A stretch of DNA of 64,000 bases, taken from positions 9,337-73,336 of the forward strand of contig CANKQY010000004.1 in assembly GCA_947485745.1 (NCBI GenBank), written 5' to 3'. The translations under genes and the position numbers were made by a program. Shown piece after piece: positions 28,498 to 37,606 of this stretch. The notes under the pieces are model-generated. The model did no database searches. It was not told the origin of the DNA and saw only the letters and a program-made list of their open reading frames with translations. The first letter of the stretch is position 1, and every line of letters starts with the position of its first letter. The stretch comes from Bacteroidota bacterium (lineage in GTDB: Bacteria; Bacteroidota; Bacteroidia; UKL13-3).

Positions 28498-29460
28498 TTG
28501 GCAAAAATAAAATACTTTTATAATCCAAATAAACTCGACTTTGAGAAAGTAGGTACCAATATATGGTCTATTGTGTTGAGGGTATTTGGATTTTTGTCGG
28601 CTTCAGCAGTGGCTGGTGGTATCATGGTATTTGTGGCTTACAGCTTTATAGATTCACCAAAGGAGAAGGCACTTAAACGAGAAAACGAACAATATAAGGT
28701 TCAAATAAGGTACCTAAATAAAAAAATCAACGATTTAGGAAGAGCCATTGCCGAATTAAAAGATAGAGATGCCAATATTTACAGGGCAATTTTTGAGGCT
28801 GAACCTATTGAAATTAAATTAGGAAAGGCGGGCAGTGCTGATAAGTATAGAAGTCTGGAAGGATTTGATAATACGGAGGAACTAATAGCCTTAAACAAAA
28901 AGGTAGATGAACTTACAATCCAAGTTTCGGCTCAAAGTAAATCATTTGATGAACTGAGTAAACTTGCTAAAAACAAAACTGAATTCTTAGCAAGTATTCC
29001 AGCCATACAACCAATCAGCAACAAAGATTTAACCAGGGTGGCTTCTGGTTATGGTTATAGAATTCACCCTATATTTAAAACCCATAAATTTCATTCGGGT
29101 ATTGATTTTACAGCACCTCAAGGCACGCCAATTTATGCTACTGGCAACGGCACCGTTAGCCTTGCAGAAAATGGAAATGGCTATGGCAACCATGTTATCG
29201 TTTACCATGGATTTGGCTATTCATCTTTGTATGCGCACATGAGTAGGATCAAGGCTAGACCCGGACAAAAAGTTAAACGTGGAGAATTGATTGGCTATGT
29301 AGGTTCAACCGGAACTTCTACCGCACCACACGTGCACTACGAGGTTATTAAAGGGTCAAACAAAATCAACCCTATCAATTACTTTTTCAACGATCTTACC
29401 GAAGAGGAATACCAAGCTATTAGAGATATTGCCTCACGCGAAGGACAATCATTCGACTAA
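28498..29460 (+). CDS. M23-family metallopeptidase with an N-terminal TM helix and coiled coil
   Basis: HSGIDFTAPQGTPIYATGNG and GSTGTSTAPHVHYEV are the M23 zinc motifs. The apparent start codon is TTG. Confidence 0.8.
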   Translation: MAKIKYFYNPNKLDFEKVGTNIWSIVLRVFGFLSASAVAGGIMVFVAYSFIDSPKEKALKRENEQYKVQIRYLNKKINDLGRAIAELKDRDANIYRAIFEAEPIEIKLGKAGSADKYRSLEGFDNTEELIALNKKVDELTIQVSAQSKSFDELSKLAKNKTEFLASIPAIQPISNKDLTRVASGYGYRIHPIFKTHKFHSGIDFTAPQGTPIYATGNGTVSLAENGNGYGNHVIVYHGFGYSSLYAHMSRIKARPGQKVKRGELIGYVGSTGTSTAPHVHYEVIKGSNKINPINYFFNDLTEEEYQAIRDIASREGQSFD

Positions 29461-29474
29461 TATAATTCATCATT

Positions 29475-29810
29475 TTGGAGAATCAAGAACAAGTTGAAAA
29501 AGTATTTTTTACCATTGGCGAAGTTGCAGAACAGCTAAAGGTGAGCACTTCCTTGATACGTTTTTGGGAGAAGGAATTTAAACAACTGAAGCCGAGAAAA
29601 ACAGCGGGAGGCAGCAGAAAATACCATGTAGAAGATGTTGCAATCTTAAAACGTATTTACCATTTGGTAAAAGTGGAAGGATATACCATAGTGGGTGCCA
29701 AGGAACGCTTAAAAGTAAAATCTGATGCACCAGCAGATTTAGAACAGGTAAAAATTAAACTCACAGAAATAAAACGATTTTTATTAGAACTCAAACAAAA
29801 TATCAGTTAA
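29475..29810 (+). CDS. MerR-family transcriptional regulator
   Basis: FTIGEVAEQLKVSTSLIRFWEKEF is a MerR helix-turn-helix. TTG at 29475 is the only canonical start upstream of the HTH. Confidence 0.7.
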   Translation: MENQEQVEKVFFTIGEVAEQLKVSTSLIRFWEKEFKQLKPRKTAGGSRKYHVEDVAILKRIYHLVKVEGYTIVGAKERLKVKSDAPADLEQVKIKLTEIKRFLLELKQNIS

Positions 29811-29818
29811 AAAAACAT

Positions 29819-30187
29819 ATGACAACACCATCAAAAGAAGTAGCTAAAACATCACAAATTAGAATTGATGTTCATTTAAACAAAGAAAATTTACCAATAA
29901 ATATTGAATGGGATGCAGATGATGCAGATTTTGAAGGCAAAGAATCTGCGAAAGGAATGATGTTAAGCATTTTTGATGGCTTACAACAAAATGCCATGCG
30001 CATTGATTTATGGACCGAAGACATGAATGTTGAAGAGATGAATTTATTTATGTTTCAAACATTGGCAACCATGTGTGATACGTTTGAAAAAGCCACTGGC
30101 AACAAGGAATTAAGCGATGAGATGCGCGATTTTGTACACCATTTTGGCCACAAAGCCAATGTATTTGGTCCAGAACACCAGCACTAA
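29819..30187 (+). CDS. gldC: Gliding-motility-associated protein GldC
   Basis: IRIDVHLNKENLPINIEWDADD...MMLSIFDGLQQNAMRIDLWTEDMNVEEMNLFMFQTLATMCDTFEKAT matches my memory of the GldC family pattern. Confidence 0.65.
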   Translation: MTTPSKEVAKTSQIRIDVHLNKENLPINIEWDADDADFEGKESAKGMMLSIFDGLQQNAMRIDLWTEDMNVEEMNLFMFQTLATMCDTFEKATGNKELSDEMRDFVHHFGHKANVFGPEHQH

Positions 30188-30192
30188 TTCTA

Positions 30193-30717
30193 TTGGAATT
30201 TAACGCCTTATATGAAATCCTAAAGCACCGTGTATACAATACGGTGCTTTCTTATTTACAATCAGAAGAGGATGCCCAAGAAGTTACCCAGGATGTGTTT
30301 TTAGAGGTTCACCAAAAATTGTCTAGCTTCAGAGAAGAAGCGCAAATTAGCACTTGGGTTTATCGCATTGCCATCAATAAAAGCCTCGATTTTCTTAGGT
30401 TCAAAAATAGAAAAAAGCGATTCGCCTTTTTAACCAGCTTGTGGAACCCAGAAAGCGGAGAATTGCAATACGACCAGAGTGATTTTATTCACCCAGGCAT
30501 TCAACTTGAAAGAAAAGAACAAGCAAAGTATTTATTTAAGGCTTTGGATGAACTCCCCGAGAGTCAGAAAACAGCATTTATTTTAATCTATATTGAAAGC
30601 TTGCCTTATGCAGAAGCTGCCAAAATTATGGAGTTAAGCGTTAAAGCATTGGAGAGTTTGGTTCAAAGAGCTAAGAAAACACTTCGAGAAAAATTAAAAA
30701 ATATTAGAAATAGGTAG
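30193..30717 (+). CDS. ECF-type RNA polymerase sigma-70 factor
   Basis: Region 2 (EEDAQEVTQDVFLEVHQKL...WVYRIAINKSLDFLR) and region 4 (LPESQKTAFILIYIESLPYAEAAKIMELSVKALESLVQRAKKTL). The apparent start codon is TTG. Confidence 0.85.
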   Translation: MEFNALYEILKHRVYNTVLSYLQSEEDAQEVTQDVFLEVHQKLSSFREEAQISTWVYRIAINKSLDFLRFKNRKKRFAFLTSLWNPESGELQYDQSDFIHPGIQLERKEQAKYLFKALDELPESQKTAFILIYIESLPYAEAAKIMELSVKALESLVQRAKKTLREKLKNIRNR

Positions 30718-30755
30718 AAGGATTATTGTCAGGAAATCGTCAAATACAGAAAGCA

Positions 30756-31052
30756 ATGGATCAAAAGGAAGAAATATGGATGGATGAAGTGTTCAATAGC
30801 ATTGATGGTATAACTCGTGCAAAAGCTCCTGATGCCATTGAAATGAGTATCGTAAAGAAAATAAATACACCTCAAGCAAAAGTAATTAAATTAGCATCTG
30901 CTCAATTTAGGTGGCTCGCTGCGGGTATTATTTTATTGATAGGACTAAATATAGTTCTACTTTCACAAAACCACAAAAAACAATCGAGCCTTGATAAAGG
31001 AAACCAAAGCAATGAATATAGTTTTGGTTCAAATGAACTCATAAAATTATAA
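30756..31052 (+). CDS. Putative anti-sigma factor / single-pass membrane protein
   Basis: It lies immediately after the ECF sigma gene and has one TM helix (FRWLAAGIILLIGLNIVLL). The start is uncertain, either TTG 30726 or ATG 30756. Confidence 0.45.
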   Translation: MDQKEEIWMDEVFNSIDGITRAKAPDAIEMSIVKKINTPQAKVIKLASAQFRWLAAGIILLIGLNIVLLSQNHKKQSSLDKGNQSNEYSFGSNELIKL

Positions 31053-31054
31053 GC

Positions 31055-31525
31055 ATGAAAAAGGAATCATTTTGGAAAATTTTGGCTACCATTTTATTAG
31101 TGGTAAACATAGGAACTTTGGGCTTTTTGGTGATAAATAGAAAAGGCGGTAATATGCCTCCCAAACCAGATAAATTAATTATGGAAGGCTTACATTTAGA
31201 TGAAGCACAAATTGAGCAATTTCATCAATTAAAAAAGGTACATAGAAGCGGCGTTGATTCTTTGGATGAAGTAGAAATACAAGTTAGAAAATGCATTTTT
31301 AATGAAATACAAATTGGTATTGGTATCGACAGCATACAAAATAAAAACCTGCAAAAATTAGCTGAGATAAGAACCCAAAAAGACCAGACTACCTTGCTCC
31401 ATTTTAAAGCGCTTTACAAATTATGCAGAGAAGATCAAAAAGCCTACTACCGCAATACAATTGAAGAAGTAGCAAAAATACTTATGCGTGGCAAACCAGG
31501 TCCAAGGGCCCAAAAAATCGATTAA
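31055..31525 (+). CDS. Spy/CpxP-like periplasmic (heavy-metal-sensor type) protein
   Basis: N-terminal anchor and an LDEAQIEQFHQLKKVHR-type helical repeat. It is the third gene of a sigma/anti-sigma module. Confidence 0.5.
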   Translation: MKKESFWKILATILLVVNIGTLGFLVINRKGGNMPPKPDKLIMEGLHLDEAQIEQFHQLKKVHRSGVDSLDEVEIQVRKCIFNEIQIGIGIDSIQNKNLQKLAEIRTQKDQTTLLHFKALYKLCREDQKAYYRNTIEEVAKILMRGKPGPRAQKID

Positions 31526-31634
31526 AAAATACAGCCACTTATTTTTCTATTTGAACCAAAATAAATATATTTTATAGATTAATCCAGCCATCATATAATA
31601 TTTGCACCAAGAATTAACACACAATAAACTTTAT

Positions 31635-32141
31635 ATGAACAAAAACGCGGCATATTATATTGAAAAACTTGGTTTGAACCAACACGTTGAAGGCGGAAGC
31701 TTTATTGAGACTTACAGAAGCGACATGCAAATTACCAAACAACATTTGCCAAGTATTTTTGTAGATGATTGTAACATCAGTACGGCCATTTACTTCTTAT
31801 TGGAGCATGGGCAATATTCTGCATTCCACAAAATTGCCTCCGATGAAATGTGGCATTTTTATGCAGGAAGTACTCTTACCATTTATGAATTGGATCAAAC
31901 CGGAAAATTAATAACCCATAAATTGGGCAATGATATAGAAGCCGGAGAATCTTTTCAATGTGTGATAAAAGCTGGCAATTGGTTTGGCTCAAGGTGTGAG
32001 GTAAAAAACTCATTTAGCCTTGCTGGCTGCACAGTTTCGCCTGGCTTCGATTTCAATGATTTTGAATTAGCCAACAAGGCAGAACTTATAAATCAATATC
32101 CAACCTACCAAAACCTCATTGAAGAAATGTGCGCTTCATAA
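31635..32141 (+). CDS. Cupin-fold protein (DUF985-like)
   Basis: YYIEKLGLNQHVEGGSFIETYRS...MWHFYAGS...GCTVSPGFDFNDFEL. The start is taken at ATG 31635. Confidence 0.6.
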   Translation: MNKNAAYYIEKLGLNQHVEGGSFIETYRSDMQITKQHLPSIFVDDCNISTAIYFLLEHGQYSAFHKIASDEMWHFYAGSTLTIYELDQTGKLITHKLGNDIEAGESFQCVIKAGNWFGSRCEVKNSFSLAGCTVSPGFDFNDFELANKAELINQYPTYQNLIEEMCAS

Positions 32142-32281
32142 AAAAAATTGTTCCTTTGTTCTTTTATAGTAAAAACTAACCAAAAAAACTTGGTGCCTCA
32201 GCGCCTTGACACCTTCGCCAAAGGCTTCGGTGCCTGAAAAGTGGGAAAAAAATTGTTACTTTGTTCCTTAGCAGTAAAAAC
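32141..32281. repeat. About 36-bp imperfect direct repeat flanking a 68-bp GC-rich spacer
   Basis: AAAAAAATTGTTCCTTTGTTCTTTTATAGTAAAAAC (32141-32177) versus AAAAAAATTGTTACTTTGTTCCTTAGCAGTAAAAAC (32246-32281). The spacer contains GGTGCCT twice and CTTCGG / CCTTCG motifs. Confidence 0.6.
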
Positions 32282-32282
32282 C

Positions 32283-32807
32283 ATGATTATACAAAAACCT
32301 TCCCAAAACGATTGCCTTCCATATCAATGGAATTATATCTCCCTAGTACCCGAAACCAAAGACATATTGGGTGAATTACAAGTACAATTAATAGATACCA
32401 TAGACCTAGTTACTTCTTTAGATGATGCAACACTCCTTAGCTCATACGCTCCAGGCAAGTGGACCATTCTAGAAATGCTTGTTCACATGATGGATAGTGA
32501 AAGAGTATTTGCCTATAGGGCACTCAGAATTGCCCGAAAAGACAAGCACGAATTAGGGGGCTACGATGAAAATTTATTCGCAAGCTTTAGCAAAGCCAAC
32601 GAACGAAAAATATTAGGCATAGTGAAAGAATTTTCTTTGTTAAGAGCGAGTACCATTGAACTTTTTCAAAGCTTTGATGAGGAAATGTGGAATGAAGTGG
32701 GCCTAGCAAATGGCAAAGTTACCAAAACCAGCCTATTACCTTTTATGTTATGTGGTCACGAAATTCACCATAGAAATATCATTGAGGAACATTATATAGG
32801 AAAATAA
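32283..32807 (+). CDS. DinB-family protein
   Basis: WTILEMLVHMMDSERVFAYRAL and CGHEIHHRNII are DinB four-helix metal-site motifs. The start is taken at ATG 32283. Confidence 0.65.
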   Translation: MIIQKPSQNDCLPYQWNYISLVPETKDILGELQVQLIDTIDLVTSLDDATLLSSYAPGKWTILEMLVHMMDSERVFAYRALRIARKDKHELGGYDENLFASFSKANERKILGIVKEFSLLRASTIELFQSFDEEMWNEVGLANGKVTKTSLLPFMLCGHEIHHRNIIEEHYIGK

Positions 32808-32825
32808 AATCAACTAAAAATACAT

Positions 32826-32865
32826 AAAAAAAGGCTGCATCCGTTATGTGATGCAGCCTTTTTTA
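32826..32865. terminator. Bidirectional intrinsic terminator
   Basis: AAAAA-AAGGCTGCAT-CCGTTATGTG-ATGCAGCCTT-TTTTA: a perfect 10-bp stem between convergent genes. Confidence 0.85.
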
Positions 32866-32880
32866 TTCGTTCAACTTAAC

Positions 32881-33777
32881 CTACTTTAAAATGTAATTGC
32901 TTTGGTGAACCAATACATTTTCTGCGTAAACATTAATGACATAGGTTCCTGGTGCAAGTATCCTTTCATCGTTTTCAAAGGCCAAACACAAGTCTTGCTT
33001 TTCGCCAGTATAAGTAACTTTGATACTTGATGTGGCATCTACTTGCTTACCATCAGCATCTGTAAACTGTGCCTTGGTATAGCCCATTAATGTTTTACCT
33101 GTTGGTTCTGAAATAACAAGGTAAATCATTTTATCGCCAGCTCCAGCAACTTTATTATCCATAAGGGTGAAGCACGACTCTAATTTATTGGTACGCTTAG
33201 CCAATACACTTTCAGTATATTTTCCATTTCCGCGTTTTTTGAAAGAAGCAATTTTAACATACTCTACCTTTAATTGAGAAGCTGTTGCCACTTTACCTTC
33301 AAGCAAATTCTTTTGTTCATTCAAATTTGTAACTGTTGAATTTAATCCAGCATTTTCGTTTTTCAGTTTTTGATTTTCTGCCATTAAACTGTCTATTTGC
33401 TCTAAATATTCATCACGCAATTTTCTTAAATTTTCCAATTCAACTTTTAACTTTGCATTGAGTTTAGATTTGTCTTTCTCGCTTGCCATAATATTGCGAA
33501 TTTTTTGCTCTTGCTCCGCAATTTTATCTTTGGCATCATTTAATAAAGTATCAAGGTTTCCGGCAATACCGCGGTACTTTTCAAGCTCCATTCCAACACT
33601 TGCCAGTTCCCTATCAATTTCAACGTTGGCGTTCATTAAACTATCAACTTGGGTGCCGTGTTCAACAATTTCAGTTGAATGTGTTTTCCATTGGTAAATA
33701 TTAACACCAATTGAGGTAATCAGTAATAAAAGCAATAACGTTAAGGTATTGCGATTTTGTTTTTCTTGTTCTGCCAT
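32881..33777 (-). CDS. Membrane-anchored coiled-coil protein with a C-terminal beta-rich domain
   Basis: N-terminal TM helix (LTLLLLLLITSIGVNIY) and a long heptad-like region (KLKVELENLRKLRDEYLEQIDSLMAENQKLKNEN). I recognise no family. Confidence 0.5.
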   Translation of the reverse strand: MAEQEKQNRNTLTLLLLLLITSIGVNIYQWKTHSTEIVEHGTQVDSLMNANVEIDRELASVGMELEKYRGIAGNLDTLLNDAKDKIAEQEQKIRNIMASEKDKSKLNAKLKVELENLRKLRDEYLEQIDSLMAENQKLKNENAGLNSTVTNLNEQKNLLEGKVATASQLKVEYVKIASFKKRGNGKYTESVLAKRTNKLESCFTLMDNKVAGAGDKMIYLVISEPTGKTLMGYTKAQFTDADGKQVDATSSIKVTYTGEKQDLCLAFENDERILAPGTYVINVYAENVLVHQSNYILK

Positions 33778-33867
33778 AATGATTTTTTTACAAGGTAATT
33801 ATAATTTAAAGATTTAGATCCAATTTTAATTTGTATATTTATTTAAACTTACATTTTAATCTGGGTA

Positions 33868-35148
33868 TTATTTAACAACGGTGTTTGATAAAATAACCGA
33901 TCCCTTTTTTATAATAGCAATGCCATCCTTGATACAATACTGCTCAGTTTCTGAGTCGCTCATCTCAGTACTTATCATAAAAACTACATTGTTACCAATC
34001 CTCACATCTTTATCAATTATGCAATTTTCGAGGTAACAGTTATCGCCAATGCCCATAGGGATTCCATTTTGGGGGTTGCTTAATTCTTCCAGGCTTTCGT
34101 AATAGTCGTTGCCAAAAGTAACACAATTGCGCATCACTGTTCCAATACCAATCCTTGACCTATTGCCTACAATGCAGCGCTCTAATTCTGCCGCATTGAT
34201 AATACAACCCTCAGAAACCACGGTTCCTTTAAGCAAAGTACCACTATAAAACTTTGAAGGTGGCAGCATCCTTGCTCTGGTGTATATTAACCTGTCGTCA
34301 TCAAACAAATTAAAACTAGGTATATTTTCTGCTAAATCAAGATTGGCATCAAAATAACTTTTAATGGTTCCTATATCTGTCCAATAGCCATTGTAAGAAT
34401 ATCCTTTAACCTTTAGTCCTTTTTCTATGGCACCAGGAATAAATTCTTTTCCAAAGTCTGTATGATGTGGGTTTTCATCAAACATTCTCTTTAAGGTTTC
34501 TCGGTTAAAAATATATATACCCATTGAAGCCATATATTCTTTGCCTTGAGCCTTCTGCTCGGGCTCAACATTTGATATCCAGTTCTCCAATTCATCTGGG
34601 TGAGGCTTTTCAATAAAACGGTCGATAAAACCATCGTTATTTACTTTTAAAATACCAAAACCAGGTGCATCATTTTTATCAACTGGCAATGTTGCTACAC
34701 TTATTTCGGCACCACTATCTACGTGCTTGTTTACAAACTCACGAAGGTCCATTTGGTATAACTGATCACCACTTAAAATAAGTATATAATCATGGTCGTG
34801 CCCTTCCAAATGAGGGAATGTTTGTTTCACCGCATCGGCAGTACCTTGAAACCATTTTTCACTACCTGGTCTTTGTTCTGCGGCAATAATATCTACAAAT
34901 GCATAGCTAAAATGATCAAAATGGTAAGTGTTCTTTATGTGTGCGTTTAGCGAACGTGAATTGTATTGGGTCAAAACAAAAATTCGTTTTATCCCTGAGT
35001 GCAAACAATTGGAAATTGGAATATCTATTAACCTGTATTTTCCTGCAATAGGAACCGCAGGTTTACTCCTAATGGAAGTCAAAGGATATAACCTTGAACC
35101 TGCGCCGCCTCCCAATATAAGGCATATAATTTTAATGGTTTTTTGCAT
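33868..35148 (-). CDS. glgC: Glucose-1-phosphate adenylyltransferase
   Basis: ILGGGAGSRLYPLTSIRSKPAVPIAGKYRLIDIPISNC and a C-terminal left-handed beta-helix region. Confidence 0.9.
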   Translation of the reverse strand: MQKTIKIICLILGGGAGSRLYPLTSIRSKPAVPIAGKYRLIDIPISNCLHSGIKRIFVLTQYNSRSLNAHIKNTYHFDHFSYAFVDIIAAEQRPGSEKWFQGTADAVKQTFPHLEGHDHDYILILSGDQLYQMDLREFVNKHVDSGAEISVATLPVDKNDAPGFGILKVNNDGFIDRFIEKPHPDELENWISNVEPEQKAQGKEYMASMGIYIFNRETLKRMFDENPHHTDFGKEFIPGAIEKGLKVKGYSYNGYWTDIGTIKSYFDANLDLAENIPSFNLFDDDRLIYTRARMLPPSKFYSGTLLKGTVVSEGCIINAAELERCIVGNRSRIGIGTVMRNCVTFGNDYYESLEELSNPQNGIPMGIGDNCYLENCIIDKDVRIGNNVVFMISTEMSDSETEQYCIKDGIAIIKKGSVILSNTVVK

Positions 35149-35151
35149 ACA

Positions 35152-36558
35152 TTAACTTTTATAAATTTCAATATAAGTTTTTACAGCCTTTGTCCATGAA
35201 AAATCTAACTTAACGGCTAGTTCTCTTACATGATCAAATTTATCAGAATCTACATACAAATCAAAAGCCCTGTATAAACTTGTAACCAAATCATAGGCCT
35301 CTGGCGCATTGAATCGAATGCCATAGCCACCAAAATCGCCAAAATCAATTACAGTATCTTTTAAACCTCCTACCGCCCTTACAATTGGAATAGTGCCATA
35401 CCTCAGCGCATACATTTGGTTCAAACCGCAAGGCTCTACCAATGATGGCATCATTAAAAAATCTGCCGCAGCATAGAGCCTATGAGCCAACTCCTCGTTG
35501 TATCCAATATAATTTGCAACATTGGAAGGATGGTAACTGCTCAACCGCCTAATAGCATCCTCAATTTGGTTTGCGCCTGAACCCAAAACGTAAAAATTCA
35601 TTTGTTGGTTACCTACTAAAAAATCATGAATTCCTTGATACACCAACTCACCTCCCTTTTCTGTATTTAACCGACCAATAAATACGGTTAGTGGCAAAGT
35701 GGGATCAAGCCCTACTGATTTGCAAATCGCTTCTTTGTTATTTTGTTTAAAAGATGTCCAATCATTATTCAAAAGATGTATTAAATAATTATCTGTTTTA
35801 GGATTCCAAACCTCCGTATCTATACCATTTACAATACCTTTACATTTGAACCCATACTCATTATATAGCCAATTATACGCGTTATCTTGGTATTTCAATT
35901 CATCTAAATAACCAGCACTTACTGTGGTTACCTTATTGCTGCATTTAATGCCAGAAGCCAATGGGTTTATGGTTTGATCCCACTCCAATAACCCAAAAGT
36001 TTCTTTAGGGAAATGAGGAAAATAACTCAATAAATATGTTGGAAACGCCCCAGAGTATAATCCATTGTGAATGGTGAAAACTGTTCTGATGCCTGCCAAA
36101 TTTCCATAGTCATAACAGTTATTTATCATGAATGGAATTAAGCCCGTATGGTAATCATGGCAATGAATTATTTCTGGTTTTTGAGCCCAATTATTGATCC
36201 AATTAATGGCAGCTTGTTGAAAAAATATGAACCGTATTGAATCATCATCATAGCCATAAATATTATCTCTAAACAACAAATTTGGTATATCAACTAAGTA
36301 TACATCGTAGCCTAAATGAACGTCTAAATATCTAAGGATTTTATACTCGATAAAAAAATTCTCATTGGTACAAATACCCTCATGAATAGCTTCTGAAGGG
36401 TGAGTAGCATTCCATTTTTGATTATACTTTGGCAGTATTACACAGGTGCTAATTCCTGCAATATTTAAATATTTTGGTAGTGCTCCTACCACATCACCTA
36501 AGCCACCAACTTTTGCAATTGGAAAACACTCTGCCGATAAATGAATTGCTTGGTACAT
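35152..36558 (-). CDS. glgA: Glycogen synthase (GT5)
   Basis: ECFPIAKVGGLGDVVGALPKYL, CHDYHTGLIP, PSLVEPCGLNQMYALRYGTIPIVRAVGGLKDTV. Confidence 0.9.
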   Translation of the reverse strand: MYQAIHLSAECFPIAKVGGLGDVVGALPKYLNIAGISTCVILPKYNQKWNATHPSEAIHEGICTNENFFIEYKILRYLDVHLGYDVYLVDIPNLLFRDNIYGYDDDSIRFIFFQQAAINWINNWAQKPEIIHCHDYHTGLIPFMINNCYDYGNLAGIRTVFTIHNGLYSGAFPTYLLSYFPHFPKETFGLLEWDQTINPLASGIKCSNKVTTVSAGYLDELKYQDNAYNWLYNEYGFKCKGIVNGIDTEVWNPKTDNYLIHLLNNDWTSFKQNNKEAICKSVGLDPTLPLTVFIGRLNTEKGGELVYQGIHDFLVGNQQMNFYVLGSGANQIEDAIRRLSSYHPSNVANYIGYNEELAHRLYAAADFLMMPSLVEPCGLNQMYALRYGTIPIVRAVGGLKDTVIDFGDFGGYGIRFNAPEAYDLVTSLYRAFDLYVDSDKFDHVRELAVKLDFSWTKAVKTYIEIYKS

Positions 36559-36622
36559 AAACTAAATCCTTGAACTGCAATTTATCAAATTAAATAGCAA
36601 TAAATTTAATAAAATATAAAAT

Positions 36623-37420
36623 TTATTTTGAACCAAATGCCCAATTGAGAAAATAGGGTATTGCTATGCCATAAGTTTCTAAAGTATGCCTACCTCCTAT
36701 TATTTCATTGTAAGATAAATCTTCTCCGTTAATAAAGCCCAATGCTTCCAACTCTTTTATCAAATCCAAGGTGTCATCTATGCTATCTATTATCCCATTA
36801 TTATTTCTGTCTGAAGTTTCATCTAAAGTTCCACAAGCAAAACATATTTTAAGTTGTGGTTTAATAGCAGTTTCCCTTACTAATTGGTGAATGATTCTAT
36901 CCGCGTCAGTGTAGTTGTCTTTAAGGTCTTTTCTACGCCACCAAAAAGAGCCACTACAAGCAAACACTTTGCTAAACTCTGCAGGATTATTCCAAGCAAT
37001 ATCAAAGGCGGATAATGCTCCCAAGCTAAACCCACCAATCACTTTTTCTTCAAAATGCTTAATTTTTAATCTCCGCATTAACTCAGGAATCATTATTTTC
37101 ACCACAAAATCACCATAAGCTGCGGCTAAACTTCCCCTACCTTTAAAATCAGGAATGCCAGAAACACCATAGGTTTGTAGGCGATCATAGGCATGTGGTG
37201 CAAACAAAATAAATGGCTTACTCACCTTTTTATGCCATACCTCCAATAAAATCAAATCCATGTTCATGCCAGCCATATCTTGTCCATCATTTAGCAACAA
37301 TAAAGGGTAATTATGGCTTGGATCAAACCCAAATGGCAGCATAACATCCACCAAAACATCTTGTTGAATGGTATCCCAATAAATTTTTCTACGGCGAACT
37401 ACTGGATTACTTTTGAGCAT
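36623..37420 (-). CDS. Esterase-family alpha/beta hydrolase (enterochelin-esterase-like)
   Basis: LLLNDGQD, GGFSLGALSAFDIAW (GxSxG) and GGRHT. It is adjacent to glgA. Confidence 0.6.
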   Translation of the reverse strand: MLKSNPVVRRRKIYWDTIQQDVLVDVMLPFGFDPSHNYPLLLLNDGQDMAGMNMDLILLEVWHKKVSKPFILFAPHAYDRLQTYGVSGIPDFKGRGSLAAAYGDFVVKIMIPELMRRLKIKHFEEKVIGGFSLGALSAFDIAWNNPAEFSKVFACSGSFWWRRKDLKDNYTDADRIIHQLVRETAIKPQLKICFACGTLDETSDRNNNGIIDSIDDTLDLIKELEALGFINGEDLSYNEIIGGRHTLETYGIAIPYFLNWAFGSK

Positions 37421-37532
37421 CTACGCAATGTTATAACCTTTTGCCTAATTCATCATTAATTGATTTTACACAAATATGGAAAAAGAAAAAAAAACTATAT
37501 ATTTAACAATAATTAAAAACATAAAAAACACA

Positions 37533-37576
37533 ATTGATGATTCAATAAATCCATAAAATAATCTCATTGAATCAAT
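37533..37576. promoter_or_regulatory. Two related inverted repeats ATTGA-N-TCAAT upstream of the ATP-grasp gene
   Basis: ATTGATGATTCAAT (37533-37546; arms ATTGA/TCAAT, 4-nt spacer) and ATTGAATCAAT (37566-37576; same arms, 1-nt spacer). They lie 30-75 bp before ATG 37607. Confidence 0.3.
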
Positions 37577-37606
37577 AAGAAATATTAAATGCAAAATCAT
37601 AAAACC

